Below are positions 60,167 to 64,000 of a stretch of 64,000 nt of DNA, one piece after another. The notes beneath the pieces were generated by a model. It searched no databases and was not told the DNA's origin. It saw only the letters and a program-made list of their open reading frames with translations. The stretch spans positions 72,347 through 136,346 of the forward strand of contig NW_005201277.1 in assembly GCF_000372725.1 (NCBI RefSeq). Direction: 5' to 3'. Made by a program: the position numbers and the translations under genes. Source of the stretch: Emiliania huxleyi CCMP1516 (Eukaryota). Every line of letters begins with the position of its first letter. Position 1 is the stretch's first letter.

Positions 60167-61813
60167 TGCCGCCACCTCCGCCGTCGCCGCCGCTGCCGCC
60201 GCCGCCCCCGCCGCCCCATACGCCGCCCCCCCCGCCGCCTCATACGCCACCACCGCCGCCGCCGCCTCCAACGCCGCCGCCACCGACCCGCCCTCCGCCT
60301 GGCCTCTGGCATGACCCGATCGAGGGCAGCGACGGATGCTGCAGGACGGATGCCGTGGGCGTCAGCACGCCTCATGCGAGCACCTTTACCCGCGCGTGGG
60401 CCGCCGGCCTGGAAGAGTGCAAAGGCAGGTGCCTCACACACCTGCAAACATGCACCGCCATCGGGTACAACAGAGTGAGCCAGGCTTGCGAGGTGCACAC
60501 CTCCCCCGCAGTCGCCCACACGGCGGCGGGAACGCCGTGCACGTGTCTGCTCTTCAAGACGGCGCCTCCGCCGCCGGGTGCCCCGCCGCCGCCACCAACT
60601 TCGCCGCCATCGACGCCTCCGCCGCCGCTGCAACCACCAACTTCGCCGCCGGCCGTGAGGCTCATCCTTGACACCGACATGGGGTGTGGCGCTTGCCGCG
60701 ACGTCGACGACGTCGTTGCCTTGTGCGCCCTCCATGCGCTGGCGGACAACGGCGAGGTGGAGCTGCTCGCAGTTGTGCAGGACAGCGCGCCGCCCGCAGG
60801 AGCAGGCGTCATCTCTGTGGTGAACCACTTCTACGGCCGCGACCACATACCGATTGGCGCGTACAAGGGGTCTGGGCTGACGCTGGCGGGAGAGCCTCCG
60901 CTCACGTTTGTCGACAGTGTCCTGAAAGCCTTCCCTTCGCCGATCCGGAACGCCTCACAGGTGCCGGACGCCGTCGACGTGTACCGGCGCGTGCTCGCCG
61001 CCTCGCCGCCGCGTTCAGTCACAATCGCGTCTGTCGGTCTGCTGACGAATCTGGAGCTCTTGCTTCGCTCGGGCCCCGACGCGCATAGCCCCTTGGACGG
61101 CCCCTCTCCCTCATCAAGCAGCGGCCTAACACGTGGAGAAGTGCTCGTTACTGTCTCTGAGAGCCTCCCCTGTAGGCTACGCTTTGGTGGCCGAAAAGGT
61201 GGCTCTCCTCTCAATCATGGCGGGAGACTACCCGACGAGCGGGCCTCGCTTCGCCGAGTGCAATGCGTGCGGCTGTTTCAACGGCGCGGACGCCGTCTCC
61301 AGGGCGACCGCCGCAGCCGCGTCCTCTTTCGTCGCAGCAAACGTGCCGCCGTCCGTCCGTACCATCTACCTCGGGTGGCGCGTCGGGGACGTGGTGCGGA
61401 CTGGCGCGGTGATGGAGCTGTGCGCAGCGCCGGCCAACCCGTGCCGGCACGCCCTCCTCGTAGCGAGCAAAGTAGTTCCACGCGCCCACGCGACCAGCGA
61501 CACAGGTGACGCGGCCTTACGGTGTGGACTCTAGGCACGCCCTGATGGACTTTCGCGACCGGGCGGGCTGGGGGTGGGGCCCGGGAGGCCGCTCCAGCTA
61601 CGACCCGCTAGCCGCCCTCCTAGCGGTGCGCGGAGTCAGCCGCGAGGGCGTGGGCTTGAGCGAGTGCACGCAGTGCGACGGCGTCAACTCGATCGACCCA
61701 AAGAGCGGCAAGAATGAGTGGTTGCCGGGGCGGCGAAGCAACCAGAGCTATGTCGAGCTCACGGACCGGATGAGAGCGCAAGAAGCGATTGATGCGCTCC
61801 TCTGCCAGCCACG

Positions 61814-61848
<35 letters not shown>

Positions 61849-62815
61849 TGCCGCCGCTGCCGCCGCCGCCGCCCCATACGCCACCGCCGCCGCAGAGCGG
61901 CGGCGAGAGCGTGCTCGTGCGTCCGGGTCACCTCTCCGAGGTGGCGGCTGCTCCTCCAGTGCCGCCCGTGCCGCCTGCGCACGTCGCCAAGGGCGACACG
62001 CCGTCGGAGAGTGCGACGCCCTCGTGGGAAGGCCTCCTCGCCCGCATGGCCAGCCGCATGGCGCAGTCGGTTGGCCAGTCCCTCGCGGAGGCCCTTGAGC
62101 TCGACGCGGCAAGCGGCGTGCAGCGGCGGCTGCTGGGGAGCGTCGAGCTCTCAGCCCTGCTCGGAGCCGTCGCCGCCGGCTGCTGCGTCGCCTGCCGCCA
62201 CCGCCGGCGGCGGCGGCGAGAGAGGCGGTTCGATCAGCTCGCCGACGAGCCTGACCAGCCGGACCACCAGGAGCTGCACGGCGAGGGGAGGTCCGAGGCT
62301 TTTGGCACCGAGCGCAGGAAGAAGCAGGTGGCGCCGCAGCGGGGAGACCGCGTCACAAGCTGCTGTGAACAGCGTCTCTTCACACCTCTAGCTGTGAACA
62401 GGTGCCGCAGCGGGGAGACCGCGTCAAGCACGGCAGGCGCGGCGAGGGCACGGTGGCCGAGCTGCTGCCCGACGGCCGCTCGCGCATCGTCTTCGACGAG
62501 GAGGAGGAGCACGGCGAGCACCGCTACATCGGGCAGCTGGAGGGGGCAGCGCCGCTCGACTCGCCGCAGCGGCGGCAGGCGACGCGGTCGCACGTCGAAG
62601 AGGCGGCACGGCGAGCGAAGCTCGAGGCGAGCGCCGCGGCCGGCAGGCGCGCGCTGAAGGAGCTGCAAAAGGAGCAGGCACGGCAAAAGGAAGCGCAGCA
62701 GGAGGCGCAGACCCGCCAGCTGCTGCGGGCGCTGGCGCTCGGCCAGACGCAGCCCAGCCTTGCCCGGAGCCCCAGCCCGGTCCGATCCCGTAGCCGGTCC
62801 CTGCCCATCCCGTAG
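59578..62815 (+). CDS. Cys-rich domain / Pro-rich / PAN-apple-like / inosine-uridine nucleoside hydrolase domain / TM / charged tail protein (multi-exon)
   Basis: LILDTDMG....DVDDVVAL, IPIGAYKG, SVTIASVGLLTNL, GRSSYDP. PAN-like LEECKGRCL....CTAIGY....CEVH. Hydrophobic LSALLGAVAAGCCVAC followed by RHRRRRRR. Confidence 0.82.
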
Positions 62816-62839
62816 CCTCAGCCCTGTCCCTGCCCGGAG

Positions 62840-63030
62840 CCGCCTCGGGGAGCGAGTCGTGCTCGGCGGGCTCTCGGCCCGCCCCGATCAACGGGCGGCG
62901 GGGCGTGGCGCGGAGCTTCGAGGGAGACCGAGACCCAGGCGGCGGCCACTACGTGGTGCATCTCGAGGGCAGCGGCCAAAGCGGGGAGGGGGGGGGTGAG
63001 GTTGTGCGGGTGCGGCCGGAGAATCTGGAT
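62840..63030 (+). pseudogene. Frameshifted fragment of the SH3-like module also found at 15712-15865
   Basis: GERVVLGGLSARP..NGRRGVARSF...VVRVRPENL versus RQRVVLGGLSSRPELNGQWGVAGSF...SVRVRPGNL. Confidence 0.6.
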
Positions 63031-63434
63031 GGATTGTGAGTCCGACCCGGCCGCGCTCGCGCGGGCGCCGCCGCACTTTCGCGAGGCGTGGCTCTGAGCA
63101 CCCGTGGGGGGGTGGGGGTGGGAGGGTGGGTGGGTGGTTAATGACTTGAGTAAGGGAAGGCGATTGCGCAGCCGGCACCTCCAGCGCGGCCAACGTTGTT
63201 TCTACTAGACGAGCCTCTGTGGGGAAAAGAATAGATGTTCCGACGTCGACTCGAGTCCGAGAGGAGCGGAGAGAGGATTGGCGAGTGTGGCCCGAGCCGC
63301 GCAGGACGGAGGGGGAGAGCGAGAGGCTGCCGGCGCGCGGGGCGGGAGCGAAAACTCTGCACTCGGCACTGGACTGGCGCGCACTGGCACTAACAGGTAC
63401 ACCACGGGAGCCGCAAAGAATAAAACAAGCTGTA

Positions 63435-63751
63435 GGTAGGTAGGTAGAAAGGTGAAGAACAGCCAGGCTCGGACTGGACACCAACGCGGTATGGGTGGAC
63501 GCTGGACAGATGATGACGACACGCACGAGCGACACACAGACACAAACAGGCTCACAAGACACACAGCCAGCTGGCTGCCACACACCCTGAGTTGGCGTAC
63601 ACATAACTCAAGGCCACATCCTCCCTGTCGCCCCCCCCAGCACTCCAAGGTGCCAAGAGAAACAAACAAGGGCACAACAAACAACAGACGACAGGAAGTG
63701 ACATGTGAGGCTAGAGCAGCATGCTCCACCTCTAGCAATCTCTCCGGCCGG
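63435..63751 (-). mobile_element. Non-LTR retroposon 3' end, (CCTA)n-tail family, copy D (longest)
   Basis: Family sequence. TSD CAAGCTGTA at 63426-63434 and 63752-63760. Confidence 0.85.
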
Positions 63752-63768
63752 CAAGCTGTACATAGCTG

Positions 63769-63794
63769 TACCATACCGCAAAAAGTCCGAACCC
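63769..63794 (-). mobile_element. TIR end related to the 49281 element
   Basis: The reverse complement GGGTTCGGACTTTTTGCGGTATGGTA matches the 49281 terminus. Confidence 0.7.
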
Positions 63795-64000
63795 TGCAAG
63801 TAAAGATGGCTGGCTCTTGCTCGACGCTGCCGGCGCCGCTCTCCTGGCAGAGCCTCGCGGAGAGCGGGCGGCTCGCCCGCGCGCTTGACAGGGAGAGCTC
63901 GGCCGCGCCACACCTCCGAAAGCTCCGCCTCACCATGGAGCCCAAAGCGGAGCCGCACACGCTGCGGCTCAAAATGCCGTGCGATTGCGGGAGCTGCATC

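Overview
Eukaryotic, very GC-rich genomic DNA with many GC-AG introns, 9-11 bp intronic tandem repeats and one assembly gap (19306-19829). These traits fit a haptophyte such as Emiliania/Gephyrocapsa huxleyi (inference, not checked). No rRNA, tRNA or CRISPR was seen. The window holds about 13 genes, several gene fragments and many small transposon copies. The 5-33 kb block looks like an innate-immune-type cluster: NHL-BTB, ankyrin-RING, multi-ankyrin/Pelle-IRAK-like kinase/RING, and a large membrane receptor (beta-helix + Cys-rich repeats + about 9 TM + two TIR domains). The receptor's beta-helix is built from phase-0 one-coil cassette exons separated by near-identical introns, a candidate modular variable-receptor system. 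A second theme is intron dynamics. There is an Introner-like family of 69-75 nt units made of an exon duplication plus a shared acceptor cassette, about 124 bp of intron sequence shared by two unrelated genes 23.5 kb apart, a retroposon whose tail supplies a rescuing splice donor, and a probable GA-AG intron. All splice models were deduced by eye and need RNA-seq.
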